From Dehalococcoidia bacterium (GTDB taxonomy: Bacteria; Chloroflexota; Dehalococcoidia; SM23-28-2; RBG-16-64-32), in assembly GCA_963667205.1 (NCBI GenBank), contig OY762959.1:1342399-1406398 (forward strand): 64,000 nt of DNA, in the 5' to 3' direction. A program made the position numbers and the translations under genes. Positions 9,958-19,136 of this stretch are shown piece by piece; within the stretch, counting starts at the first letter, position 1; each line of letters opens with the position of its first letter. The notes below the pieces were generated by a model. The model did not search any database. It had not been told where the DNA came from and saw only the letters and a program-made list of their open reading frames with translations.

Positions 9958-10275
9958 TTAGTCCGGAATCTCCACATCCAGGTCAAGCAGCCGCTCTGAG
10001 AGCGAGAAGCGATAATCGAACTTGAGCATCCGTGTCCGGCCGCCCTCCAGCGCCCCGTGAAGGATGAAGTTCAGTCCGCAGACGTTGGGCACCTCGAACC
10101 GTTCGACGCCACCCGGCACATCGGCAAGGAACAGCTGATGGACCCGGTCCGCCGTGACCTGCTCCCTCACGGCGTCATAGTGATCCCGGTCAAAGACGAG
10201 GAGCGGCATGTGCAGGTCTCCACCCTTGTCGCCGCCGCGCGCCACCGCTATCGCCCTCAGTTTCACAGAAGACAT
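9958..10275 (-). CDS. DUF4387-like small protein (AtuA C-terminal-domain homologue)
   Basis: About 105 aa, immediately downstream of a DUF1446 gene. Its pattern is similar to the 17533-17856 protein. Confidence 0.55.
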   Translation of the reverse strand: MSSVKLRAIAVARGGDKGGDLHMPLLVFDRDHYDAVREQVTADRVHQLFLADVPGGVERFEVPNVCGLNFILHGALEGGRTRMLKFDYRFSLSERLLDLDVEIPD

Positions 10276-10277
10276 GG

Positions 10278-11651
10278 CTAGTTAACCTCCACCATCTCGA
10301 CGTTTAGCCGGCAGACTTCCCTCGGCACAAGCGTCGGGTAGATGCCGATCGACTTGCGGATGTTCTGGCGGCGTTCACCCATACCGAGCGGGCCGATTAT
10401 GATCAGGTACTCAGAGAGGCGGGCGATGGTCAACGCTTCCGCGTGCGTCCGGACGCGGGCGGCGTAGCGAAGCATGACTTCGCCCGGCAGCGTCTCCGGC
10501 ATCGGTGCGCTATCACCGAGGCCTGACGTGAGGCCGATGTAGTCGAACCGGTCGTCGAGGGGCGTGACCTTGTCATTGTGCTCGAGGCGCTCGCGGATAA
10601 TCTCTTCGCACATCCTCGCCTTCTCCACGGCCTTGTAGCCGCTGCAGAGGAGCCAGACGTCGACGAGGTAGCCCTCATCGATGCCGACGAGCACCTTGAG
10701 AGTGTCGGGGCGGCGTGTACCCGCTGGACCCTCAGCCGAATTCCAGAAGACGCTCGCATGATCTTCGCCGGCGTCCTCGATGTGTACCTTCGTGAAGTCG
10801 GCTACGACGTCCGGGTTCAGGTATCGTTTCGGGTCGTTGATCTCATGCATCAGGTGAGCCGAGAGCGTAAACCGGTTCACGACGCCACCGGAATCAGGCG
10901 TCTTCGAGACGTCGGCTGTCCCGTCGCTTTGCACCACGGCCAGCGGCATGCCCATCTGCGCCATTCGCGGCACCTCGCGGTATCCGGGTTCCGCCCACAT
11001 GCCGCCGGTGGATACCGAGCCGCATTCGAGCAGGTGACCAACGGTAATTCCACGGCCAAGTCGATCCCAGTCGTCCAGAGACCAGCCGAACTCATGGAGC
11101 ATGGGCGCCAGGTAGAGCGATGCGTCCGATACACGCCCGGCGACTACTACGTCGGCGTCCATCGCGAGCGCCTCCGCCATCGGTTCGGCCCCGATGTAGG
11201 CGTTCGCGGCAATGATCGTCCCTTCCAGGCTGTCGATCGTCTGGTCGTGCTGGCCCATGATCGTCAGGTCGCGGTTGGCGAGGACATACTCGATGACGTC
11301 GTCCCCTTCGACGGAAGCGACTCGCACGCGACGGCCGGTCAGCTGGCGGGCGACATCGGCGACGACGCGCGCCCCTCCGAGGGGGTTGGCGGCGCCGAAG
11401 TTGCCGAGGAGTTTGACGTTGCGCTCGAGGGCGGGGCCGAGGACGAGCTGAAAACGCTCCCTCAAGTTGAGGTCATAACCGAGGTTCGGATCCTCCATCT
11501 TCTTCAGATACTGAGCCGCTGCACCTGCCTCGGACATCGCATCGAAGCACATGTAGTGCACGTCACCTCGATCAACCAGATCGACCGCGGCATCCAAGCG
11601 GTCTGATCGCGCTCCAGATCCAGAGCCGATTCGTATACTTTCGTTCGTCAC
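10278..11651 (-). CDS. DUF1446 / acyclic terpene utilisation AtuA-family protein
   Basis: The N-terminus IRIGSGSGARSDRLDAAVDLVDRGDVHYMCFDAMSE matches the AtuA/DUF1446 start recalled from memory. It is paired with DUF4387. Confidence 0.65.
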   Translation of the reverse strand: MTNESIRIGSGSGARSDRLDAAVDLVDRGDVHYMCFDAMSEAGAAAQYLKKMEDPNLGYDLNLRERFQLVLGPALERNVKLLGNFGAANPLGGARVVADVARQLTGRRVRVASVEGDDVIEYVLANRDLTIMGQHDQTIDSLEGTIIAANAYIGAEPMAEALAMDADVVVAGRVSDASLYLAPMLHEFGWSLDDWDRLGRGITVGHLLECGSVSTGGMWAEPGYREVPRMAQMGMPLAVVQSDGTADVSKTPDSGGVVNRFTLSAHLMHEINDPKRYLNPDVVADFTKVHIEDAGEDHASVFWNSAEGPAGTRRPDTLKVLVGIDEGYLVDVWLLCSGYKAVEKARMCEEIIRERLEHNDKVTPLDDRFDYIGLTSGLGDSAPMPETLPGEVMLRYAARVRTHAEALTIARLSEYLIIIGPLGMGERRQNIRKSIGIYPTLVPREVCRLNVEMVEVN

Positions 11652-11663
11652 TGTCGCGCTCCT

Positions 11664-12233
11664 CTAACTGACCGTTTCTCTGGCCGAAAGCTGTTCAACG
11701 AAGTCATCCAGTGGGACTTCAAACGGCAGCAGGATCCGCGCGATCATCGAGTAGTAACCGACGGTGATGGCCAGTTCGGCAACCTCGCGGTCGGAAAGCT
11801 TCTCGCGCAGCCGCTCGATGACTGAAGCGTCAACCCGGGCGGTCTTCCCAACGACTGTCGCGTACTCGACCACGGCCGTTTCCGTTTCGTCGAGGGCGTC
11901 CATCTTGCCTGCCACGACGGCGTTGATCTTGTCGTCCGCAACTCCGATCCGACGGGCGATGGCGACGTGGTGGGACCACTCGTAGTCGCACTCAGTGACC
12001 CGGGCGATGGCGAGGATCGCGAGTTCCCGGAGCGGCGCCGGCAGGGCGATCCCCTTGCGCAGAAAGACCCCGATTTGGCTTACCGTGAACGCTCCTTCTG
12101 GGCTATGGGCGATCTGGCGAAAGACGTTGCCAAAGCGTCCGTTCCGCTGCTCCTTGAGGCGCTGTATCCAGTCGTTCTGCTCGGTGCCTGTCTCAGGAAA
12201 GGGCAGACGGGCCATGTTTTTCCTCACATTCAT
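11664..12233 (-). CDS. Carboxymuconolactone decarboxylase (AhpD-like) family protein
   Basis: Carries the CMD/AhpD core motif (ARVTECDYEWSHHVA). Confidence 0.8.
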   Translation of the reverse strand: MNVRKNMARLPFPETGTEQNDWIQRLKEQRNGRFGNVFRQIAHSPEGAFTVSQIGVFLRKGIALPAPLRELAILAIARVTECDYEWSHHVAIARRIGVADDKINAVVAGKMDALDETETAVVEYATVVGKTARVDASVIERLREKLSDREVAELAITVGYYSMIARILLPFEVPLDDFVEQLSARETVS

Positions 12234-12242
12234 CTACTGACG

Positions 12243-13145
12243 TCACTGCAGCCGCGGGTCCAGGACATCTCTCACGAAGTCTCCAACTATATTCGCGGAG
12301 AAGACTACTACTCCGAGGGCAACGCCCGGCCACACGGCGATCCACGGGTTGCTTAGCATGTAGACTAGGCCGCTTCCACTTAGCATCCCCCCCCAAGTGG
12401 GTTGTGGGGGTGGTACGCCGAAGCCGAGGAACGACAGCGACGCTTCAATGAGGATTGCCTGGCCAATCGTTAGAGTTGCCAGTGTGATCGCCAGGGGGAT
12501 GACGTTTGGGAAGATGTGCATCCCGACGATTCGGTAGAACGGTGCTCCTATCGCCCGCGCCGAGAACGCCCACTCCGTGTTCTTCAGGCCCAGCACGGCG
12601 GATCTGATGACGCGCGATTGGCCGACGCCCAGCATCAATCCAACGGTGATCGTGACGTTCGTCAGGCTTGATCCAAAGAGAGCAAGCACGGTCAGCGCCA
12701 TCAAGATCGTTGGGAAGGACATCCATCCGTCCACGAACCGCTGAATCAGCGAGTCCACCCACGAACCAGCTGCTCCAGAGAGAGTGCCGATGACGATCGC
12801 CGTAACGATGCTCAGGGCGACGGCACCCAGCGCGACCGACAACGATATTCGTGCGCCATAGAGCACGCGGCTGAAGAGGTCTCGGCCCAGTTCGTCAGTT
12901 CCAAACACGTGTGACCAGCTTGGCCCCTCGAGCCGAGAAGGCAGGTCCACTTCGTTGTAGTGGAAGGGTGCCACCCAAGGCCCGATTACGGCAGCCGTGA
13001 TCGCGACTGCGAGCATGACGAGGCAGGCGGCCGAGAGTGGAGAACGGCGTAGCCGTCGTAGGAAGTACCCTATCCCTTTCGGCCGACGATGAGCGTCGAT
13101 CAGCGGTGGGGCGAGTTGGTCACCCGTTGAGACGGCTTCCATCAC
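12243..13145 (-). CDS. ABC transporter permease (DppC/OppC-like)
   Basis: Multi-TM protein with the permease EAA-like region. It lies in an operon with a second permease and a substrate-binding protein. Confidence 0.85.
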   Translation of the reverse strand: MMEAVSTGDQLAPPLIDAHRRPKGIGYFLRRLRRSPLSAACLVMLAVAITAAVIGPWVAPFHYNEVDLPSRLEGPSWSHVFGTDELGRDLFSRVLYGARISLSVALGAVALSIVTAIVIGTLSGAAGSWVDSLIQRFVDGWMSFPTILMALTVLALFGSSLTNVTITVGLMLGVGQSRVIRSAVLGLKNTEWAFSARAIGAPFYRIVGMHIFPNVIPLAITLATLTIGQAILIEASLSFLGFGVPPPQPTWGGMLSGSGLVYMLSNPWIAVWPGVALGVVVFSANIVGDFVRDVLDPRLQ

Positions 13146-14086
13146 TGCAGGCGGATACGCGGGTCCAGGACGGCGTACGTCAGATCGACCGCGAGATTAA
13201 CGAGGATGACTGATGTGGCGAAGACAAGATTGATCGCGGCGATGATCGGAAAGTCACGCTTCTCCAGTGCGTTGATCGTCATCTGCCCGACGCCCGGAAT
13301 ACCGAATATCTGCTCGATTACGATCGAGCCTCCGAGAAGAGTCGGTACCTGAAGGCCGACTATCGTGATGATTGGGACGAGGGAGTTGCGGAGAACGTGG
13401 CGAGACGAAACAACGAAGGACGAGAGCCCCTTCGCCTGAGCAGTGCGCACGTGGTCCTGACGGACAACGTCCAACACTGCCGTTCTGGTGACGCGCATGA
13501 CCGCACCGGATAGCTGAATGCCGAGGATCGCTGCCGGAAGCGCCAGGATGCGGATATTCTCGAGGGGGTCTTCCTCAATCGGCACATAGGTAGTCACCGG
13601 GGTCCAACCCCAGTAGTAGGCGGGCAGCAGCACGACGAGAACGGCGATCCAGAAGTTGGGCACGGCGACGAGAACCAGCGCCAGCCCTCGCCCCAGGTAG
13701 TCGACGCTCGTATCCTGGCGTATCGCCGAGAGTGCGCCAACGGGGATGCCAACGAGGGCGGCGACCGTCAGCGCCATGACCGTCAACTCAAGCGTTACTG
13801 GAAGACGTATCTGGAAGTCCTCCATCGCTGTACGCCCGGTCCACAGGGAAGTTCCGAAATCTCCCTGCAATACTCCGCCCATCCAGTCGATGTACTGCTC
13901 GTAGAAGGGCTTGTCCAGGCCAAGCAGTGCCTCGAGTTCCTGCTGGTCTCCGGCATACCCGAGATCACCGGCCATGACGGCCACGACCGAGCCCGGGATC
14001 AAGGCGAGCGCTCCGAACGATATGAAGGAAATTAGGACGATCGTCGGAATCGAGAGCAGCAATCTCCTGGCGATATAGGCTTGCAC
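13142..14086 (-). CDS. ABC transporter permease (DppB/OppB-like)
   Basis: Multi-TM permease with a 4-nt overlap to the downstream permease. Confidence 0.85.
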   Translation of the reverse strand: MQAYIARRLLLSIPTIVLISFISFGALALIPGSVVAVMAGDLGYAGDQQELEALLGLDKPFYEQYIDWMGGVLQGDFGTSLWTGRTAMEDFQIRLPVTLELTVMALTVAALVGIPVGALSAIRQDTSVDYLGRGLALVLVAVPNFWIAVLVVLLPAYYWGWTPVTTYVPIEEDPLENIRILALPAAILGIQLSGAVMRVTRTAVLDVVRQDHVRTAQAKGLSSFVVSSRHVLRNSLVPIITIVGLQVPTLLGGSIVIEQIFGIPGVGQMTINALEKRDFPIIAAINLVFATSVILVNLAVDLTYAVLDPRIRLQ

Positions 14087-14111
14087 AGCTGACTCGACCT
14101 GACGGCGGGCT

Positions 14112-15827
14112 CTATGAGGCTACAGAAGTGTCCTCTAGGGCTAGGAGAGCGTTGTCCGTGCGAACGTGAGAGCGGAAGCCGCTCACCTTCGCCTGCCAGA
14201 CGTCGTACCGTGAGGCGGCAACGGTGTGTGTTACATAGCACTCGTCGAGAAGGATGCGCTGGATATCGTCAATCGTCTTATTGCGTTCCGTCTCGTCAAG
14301 CTGTGTGCGCTGGAGATCGAGAAGCCGGTCAAGCTCCGCATTAGACCAGTGTCCGGTATTGACGGTCGAATCTGTGTAGAAGAAGCGGTGCAAGACGTCG
14401 TCAGGGTCGCCGGCCCAGGCTGTACGACGGCTCATCATCATGTCGTCGGGGTTCTTGTCGATGATGACTTTCTGGATGAAGCTCGTTGAGTCGAGCGGCG
14501 CAAGGTTTACCGTGATCCCGACATCCCGGAGGTTAGCGGCCATCAGTTCGGCTTCGCTCAGGTGCAGCGCGCCGTAACGATCGGGAGAGATCTCGAGCGT
14601 CAGCTCCGTGCCTTCGGCAACGCCGGCGGCGTCCAACAATTGTCGCGACTTCTGCGGGTCGAACTTGTGGTATTGCTCGCCCTCTCCGAAGTCGTCAAGC
14701 GCGAAGTCCGACATCACGAGGCTCACCGGAGTGTCGCGCTGACCGGTACCGCCGTGGAGTTCGGTCGCCCACGATTCGATATCGAGTGCCATCTTGATGC
14801 CGCGACGTGCGTCCGCGTTGTTCAGCGGCGCCCGGTCACTGCGCATCTGTATCATCTGGCCGCCAAGGCCGAAGTACTTATCCGTCACAAGATCGGATAT
14901 CTGGCTCTGCAGGGTCTCGACTTCGTCGAGCGAGATGTTGGTCCTGATGTCGAGATCGCCGGACAGGAAGAGAGCCGCCACACGGGACGGATCAGAGCCG
15001 GTATCCAGCCGCACCTCGTCAAGCAGCGGGCGCCCGGAACGGAAGTAGTCCGGGTTCTTCTTGAGTATGTACTGTGTTCCCGGCTGGATCGTATCGATCA
15101 TGAATGGTCCGGTACCGATCAGCGACTCAGCGCGCTCGAGCCCGCCAGTCACCGTCTCTAGCTCTGGAGCCAGGATCTGGTACGTCTGGCCCTGCAGGCC
15201 GAAGAACGTGCCGAGAGCCGGAGCATAAGGATTCGCAAGCGTGAATCGCACCGTCAGAGAATCGACTGCATCGACGGACACGATCGACTCGAGAGCATCA
15301 GCGTAAACCGAAGGCTCAACCCGAGCTCGGTCGTAAGTGTAGACGACGTCGTCGGCCGTCAGTTCGCGGCCGTTCATCGGCGCGACGTTATGGAACTTGA
15401 CCCCTGAGCGAAGTTTGAAAATGTAGGTGGTGCCGCCGTCAGTGATCTCCGGCATATCCGTGGCCAGGTCCGCGACGACCTGTGTATTGCCAGGTGCAAA
15501 GTCGGGGCCGACGGCTGAGCGTAGCAGGAAGCTGTTTGTCATGTTGCGCAGGATGTGCGTCTGAGAGTCCTCGGTGAGGATCGGGTCGAATCCACTACCA
15601 GGTTCGGGATAGGGGATCCGGGCGATGCCTCCCGCGGCGCCTGTGCCACCGTCGTCATCACCGCAACCGACCAGCGCGGCAGCGGCGACACCAGTGGCAC
15701 CCAGGCCAACGGACATCATGAACGTACGCCGGGAGAACTTCTCTCGCTTGAAGATATTGTCCACCAGGGACCTCCTTCGTCGCTCGTAGGCGTGCAGAGT
15801 CAAAACATCATAATGGCAGCGTGGCAC
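14112..15827 (-). CDS. ABC transporter substrate-binding protein, family 5 (peptide/nickel type), Tat/lipoprotein signal
   Basis: SRRTFMMSVGLGATGVAAAALVGC signal (twin-Arg plus lipobox) on a family-5 SBP-length protein. The exact start is uncertain. Confidence 0.8.
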   Translation of the reverse strand: MPRCHYDVLTLHAYERRRRSLVDNIFKREKFSRRTFMMSVGLGATGVAAAALVGCGDDDGGTGAAGGIARIPYPEPGSGFDPILTEDSQTHILRNMTNSFLLRSAVGPDFAPGNTQVVADLATDMPEITDGGTTYIFKLRSGVKFHNVAPMNGRELTADDVVYTYDRARVEPSVYADALESIVSVDAVDSLTVRFTLANPYAPALGTFFGLQGQTYQILAPELETVTGGLERAESLIGTGPFMIDTIQPGTQYILKKNPDYFRSGRPLLDEVRLDTGSDPSRVAALFLSGDLDIRTNISLDEVETLQSQISDLVTDKYFGLGGQMIQMRSDRAPLNNADARRGIKMALDIESWATELHGGTGQRDTPVSLVMSDFALDDFGEGEQYHKFDPQKSRQLLDAAGVAEGTELTLEISPDRYGALHLSEAELMAANLRDVGITVNLAPLDSTSFIQKVIIDKNPDDMMMSRRTAWAGDPDDVLHRFFYTDSTVNTGHWSNAELDRLLDLQRTQLDETERNKTIDDIQRILLDECYVTHTVAASRYDVWQAKVSGFRSHVRTDNALLALEDTSVAS

Positions 15828-15872
15828 GGACTGTCAAGGCGCTTGCAGAAACTGTAGGCGGCATGCATTATC

Positions 15873-16175
15873 TTGAAGGAGATGAGTCATGACGCCAGCC
15901 ATCGCTGCGTGGCGGCGCCCATCAGGGACGATCCGGGGCACACCGTTGCGGCGATCTCAGCGAGCGGGTGGACGGCGAAGATGACCCACGAGCGAGCAGC
16001 GCAGCTCGCCCCCATACTGCGGGGGACAGGGTCTCAGCATCGCTTGGCCATGACGGGGAGCGAGAAGGCGAGTAGGGCAGGCCACCTGATAGCGGCCAAC
16101 CGAACGAGGTCGCAGGCGTCGTCGCGCGAGGAGGAAGACCATGAGCCAGCTAAGTATCCTGTCGTACCTGGTTGA
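15873..16175 (+). pseudogene. C-terminal remnant of an IclR-family regulator (no HTH domain)
   Basis: CVAAPIRDDPGHTVAAISASGWTAKMTHERAAQLAPIL resembles the IclR effector-domain C-terminus. No N-terminal DNA-binding part is present. Confidence 0.35.
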
Positions 16176-17520
16176 CGGCCGGATCGGCGCCCGCAGCGAA
16201 GAGGCCATCCAGCACGCCGTCAACGCGATCGAATCCGGAGAGGTGGATGTGGTGTCCGGCCAGGGGACGGGAATGGACGCCGGGCCTTACTACTTGGGGT
16301 CCGGTGAGGTTCTGCCGCCCAGCCGCCCCGATATTGAGCCGATCATCCTGGCCGCGAAGCGCCGTGGCATCCCGTTCGTATTCTCCATGGGCGGGACCGC
16401 AGGCGCGGACATTCACCTGCAGCCTTATCTAGACCTGATCAACCAGATCGCTCGCGACAACAAGACTAGCCTCAAGATTGCCGTAATCAGTGGCGAGGTC
16501 GACAAGGAATACTTGCGCGGGAAGATACGTGATGGTGCGCAGGTCAAGCGCCTCTTCGAGACCCCTCGCCTGCCGCCTCTGCTGAGCATCGAAGATGTCG
16601 ACCGCGCCGAGCGCATTCAGGCGCAGATGGGGGCCGAGCCGATAATCAAAGCGCTGGAGCAGTTCCCTGACATCGACGGCGTCATCACCGGCCGCGCGCT
16701 CGACGTCGGCGTTCACATGGCGTATCCGCTGATCCGGGGTGTTGACTGGGCTACGGCTGCACATGCGGCGAAGGTGATCGAGTGCAGCTCGATGGCCTGC
16801 GACCCAGCCACGCCTTTCGACTTTGTGCTGGCGACGATTGACGGCGCGGGCTTCACGGTTAAGCCGACGAACCCCGCGCTCCGTTGCTCCGTGAAATCAA
16901 TCGCTGGACACGCGCTTTACGAGCGCGAAAACCCAGCCGAGGAGCGCAACCCCGGAGGGACCCTCGATGTCAGCGAAGCCGTGTACGAGGCGGTCGATGA
17001 CCGGACGGTCCGCTGCAGCGGCGCCACCTGGGTGGAGGATCCGTACACCGTCAAGCTCGAGGGCGTAGAGTTCGCCGGCTACGAGTACATCAGTATCTGT
17101 GGGATTCGAGACGAGATCTGCATCCAGAACATTGACTGGATCATGGACAGCGCAAAAGAGCACCTCAGGTCCGTTGCGCAGGAAGAGGAGTTCGAGGTTC
17201 ACTACAGCGTGTTCGGACGTGATGGCGTGCTTGGTCCGTCTGAGCCCATGCGCGACGTTGTGCCGCACGAGGTGGGTCTCCTCACGAAGCTCATCTGCAA
17301 GGACAAGGACCTTGCGGAGCGACTTGCACACACGCTGCGGATCAGGATTTTCATGTCACCATATCCCGGCCGCCGAACGACCGCCGGAAGCGTTGCCTTC
17401 CCGCTGCAGAACCGTGTGGTGCACACCGGTGGTGTCTACAAGTTCAACATCTGGCACCTGCTCCCGCTGGACGACCCCTGTGAGCCTTTCCCGGCGCGCC
17501 TGGTGAACTACCCAAACTAG
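16141..17520 (+). CDS. Probable DUF1446/AtuA-like protein (second paralogue)
   Basis: 459 aa, followed directly by a DUF4387-like small ORF, mirroring the 10278/9958 pair. Direct sequence similarity is weak. Confidence 0.45.
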   Translation: MSQLSILSYLVDGRIGARSEEAIQHAVNAIESGEVDVVSGQGTGMDAGPYYLGSGEVLPPSRPDIEPIILAAKRRGIPFVFSMGGTAGADIHLQPYLDLINQIARDNKTSLKIAVISGEVDKEYLRGKIRDGAQVKRLFETPRLPPLLSIEDVDRAERIQAQMGAEPIIKALEQFPDIDGVITGRALDVGVHMAYPLIRGVDWATAAHAAKVIECSSMACDPATPFDFVLATIDGAGFTVKPTNPALRCSVKSIAGHALYERENPAEERNPGGTLDVSEAVYEAVDDRTVRCSGATWVEDPYTVKLEGVEFAGYEYISICGIRDEICIQNIDWIMDSAKEHLRSVAQEEEFEVHYSVFGRDGVLGPSEPMRDVVPHEVGLLTKLICKDKDLAERLAHTLRIRIFMSPYPGRRTTAGSVAFPLQNRVVHTGGVYKFNIWHLLPLDDPCEPFPARLVNYPN

Positions 17521-17532
17521 AGGGAGGCGGAT

Positions 17533-17856
17533 ATGCCAAAGCTAGTTGAATTCACGGAAGTCTTTCGCACAAAGAACGCCGAGCCGTTCATCACAACGTT
17601 CGACCTGTTCTTCAAGGACAAGGAGTCCTACGATAGGGTGAAGGGCTCCGGCGTCATTACGCCGGAGAAGGTCGCTGAAACCTACAATATCCCGATCGAG
17701 GCAGTCTACGGGATCTATTTCATCGACAACGTGAACGCCATGAAACTCTCGATATACAAGTATGGCCCCAACGGCTATATGGCGTCGGGGGATCCTGAGA
17801 ACCCCGATAGCCAGGGCACACAGCAGCATATCCTGCTGATGAACATCGAGATTTGA
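17533..17856 (+). CDS. DUF4387-like small protein
   Basis: 107 aa. Its pattern (FDLFFKDKESYDRVKGSG) is similar to the 9958-10275 product. GC is visibly lower than its neighbours. Confidence 0.5.
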   Translation: MPKLVEFTEVFRTKNAEPFITTFDLFFKDKESYDRVKGSGVITPEKVAETYNIPIEAVYGIYFIDNVNAMKLSIYKYGPNGYMASGDPENPDSQGTQQHILLMNIEI

Positions 17857-17929
17857 GCGACTTCGTTCAATCCCGGCAAATCGCCTCGCGACGCGCCCGT
17901 CAGGGTGACCACGATAGGCCAGCGGTCAT

Positions 17930-18382
17930 CTACTCGAATTGGTAGCACGCCACGCTCCCGGGAGCGGGCGCAACGAATGGGTCAGCCAGGATGGCAGCTT
18001 GGTAGGCGTCCTCCGAGCCGTGATATTCCATCTCTGCGGCCCATAGGCAGCGAGCTTCAACGTAGAAGTTGCCGGGAGTTGATAGCCACACGTCGATGTA
18101 AACCTGCTCTAGTGGGCTGATAGGGCCGTAGAGGGCTTCGGCTTCGGCAACGTCAGCCTCCGCGTAGTCGTACTGGTCGTTCTCAAGATCGCCACCGTTA
18201 AAGCTATTAAGGATGTCCTGAAATTCTGCGCTGTTCGGATCGAATTGGAATCCGCCCTGCTGCTGGAAGCTGGTCTGCTGCTGATCGAAGTAGCCAGTGT
18301 AGATCAGGGCGCCCAGAGTGAGTACGAAGAGGGCGGCGCATATCCAGACGCCACGCCATCCATTCTTCCGCTGCCAGTACAT
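17930..18382 (-). CDS. Hypothetical membrane-anchored protein
   Basis: N-terminal TM helix, then an acidic Q/D-rich domain. The N-terminal motif GGGRYAIGFLLAALPGLGIMYWQ is paralogous to the 21550 gene. Confidence 0.5.
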   Translation of the reverse strand: MYWQRKNGWRGVWICAALFVLTLGALIYTGYFDQQQTSFQQQGGFQFDPNSAEFQDILNSFNGGDLENDQYDYAEADVAEAEALYGPISPLEQVYIDVWLSTPGNFYVEARCLWAAEMEYHGSEDAYQAAILADPFVAPAPGSVACYQFE

Positions 18383-18846
18383 GATGCCCAGACCCGGGAG
18401 GGCTGCCAGCAGGAAGCCGATGGCGTACCGGCCCCCGCCAATTTCGCTCTTGCTCTTCTTCAGGTGCTTTGTAGTCTGCTGGAAAGCTCACCTGCTACCT
18501 CCTAGCTCGTCAGGATTCAGATGGGTGCGTCGTCCCTGATTGCTCTTCTCTCGATCGAGAGTGCCTCATTCCGGAGCGCGTGGAATCCGCATAACCACTG
18601 ATCGGGCCAAGTTATATCGGCGATCTCTCGCGACCAGCGGCAGCGGCTCTTCGCGCGAGTGCCGCAACATCCTTGCGCAGGAGCTGAGTCGTACTCTCTA
18701 CTTCGCGGCTGTCGGCCCGCGCCCCGCCGCGGTGCGGGAGCAGAAACGGGTGCGGTCGCTTCGACGGATAACGACTCGCTCGGATCCCTCACGTCCCTAC
18801 CGGATCCCCCGATTAGTCTGAAGCTTCCGTATCTGGCGCCTTATCA

Positions 18847-18995
18847 GCTGACGTGTTTCGGCGCGGGGTCGTCTTCAAGCCTGTTCTCACCCCGGTTTCA
18901 CCCGGATTTTCGAACCTGGAGCCTCAGCGATCGGGCCCCAGACGACGTGACTTTTAATCCGGGAGTCGTGGGTTCGAATCCCGCCGGGCCCTCCA
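18847..18995 (+). ncRNA. tRNA-like/tmRNA-like structured element, copy 3 (most complete, ends in CCA)
   Basis: GTGGG-TTCGAAT-CCCGC T-arm, CGGGCCC acceptor strand, discriminator T, then CCA. The 5' flank is homologous to copy 1 and the 3' flank to copy 2. It sits in a roughly 750-nt non-coding stretch. Confidence 0.35.
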
Positions 18996-19136
18996 CGTTC
19001 CCTTCTTACTCTAATGCCGGTCGGCTGAGAGATCTCGCATTCTCGACTCTGGGACTCTTACTCCGGGAGTCTTCGCCACTTGACTGCCGAGGGCTTGCGG
19101 CGTTCAAGCGCTCCCTCGCGTGATCAGTCGCGTGAG

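Noticed and set aside
11664-12233. AhpD-like CMD protein as a third selenoprotein
   Set aside because: Its CxxxxH core is encoded with an ordinary Cys codon and there is no in-frame TGA.
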